Positions 63,986 through 64,000 of a DNA stretch of 64,000 nucleotides are shown in pieces. Origin of the DNA: Hemiscyllium ocellatum (taxonomy: Eukaryota); the NCBI RefSeq assembly GCF_020745735.1, contig NC_083417.1, forward strand, positions 63,302,001-63,366,000, given 5' to 3'. Made by a program: the position numbers and the translations under genes. The first letter of the stretch is position 1. Each line of letters begins with the position of its first letter. A model generated the notes under the pieces. That model ran no database searches. It had not been told where the DNA came from and worked only from the letters and a program-made list of their open reading frames with translations.

Positions 63986-64000
63986 GTTTGATTTGAGTTT

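Overview
Eukaryotic, intron-rich, repeat-dense DNA. The repeats (HE1/V-SINE-type SINEs, CR1 and L2-like LINEs, Penelope-type hairpin elements, Rex1/Babar) indicate a cartilaginous fish, probably a shark (inference). Most of the window is an old ~31-kb tandem segmental duplication (copy 1 ~1-26300, copy 2 ~31400-58150). Copy 1 holds an apparently intact, non-rearranging Ig-superfamily receptor gene on the minus strand: leader 24620-24566, V 24358-24050, C1 21554-21258, TM 20544-20440, cytoplasmic exon 19838-19795, and candidate tail exons 18663-18553 and 15293-15174. All phases join into a ~346-aa leader-V(J-like)-C1-TM-tail protein. It has an unusually short V domain, two extra cysteines, an uncharged GxxxG TM and a C-terminal TxYxxV motif. 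In copy 2 a deletion near 52830 removed the leader to cytoplasmic exons, leaving the upstream region and an orphan terminal exon with an IxYxxV motif. Also present: a two-LTR Gmr1-type Gypsy element (integrase before RT, 41423-47345), esterase-ORF1 CR1 LINEs, and two candidate plus-strand exons of an unidentified gene at the right edge. All alignments and translations were done by eye; TE boundaries are approximate (tens of bp) and no database searches were possible.
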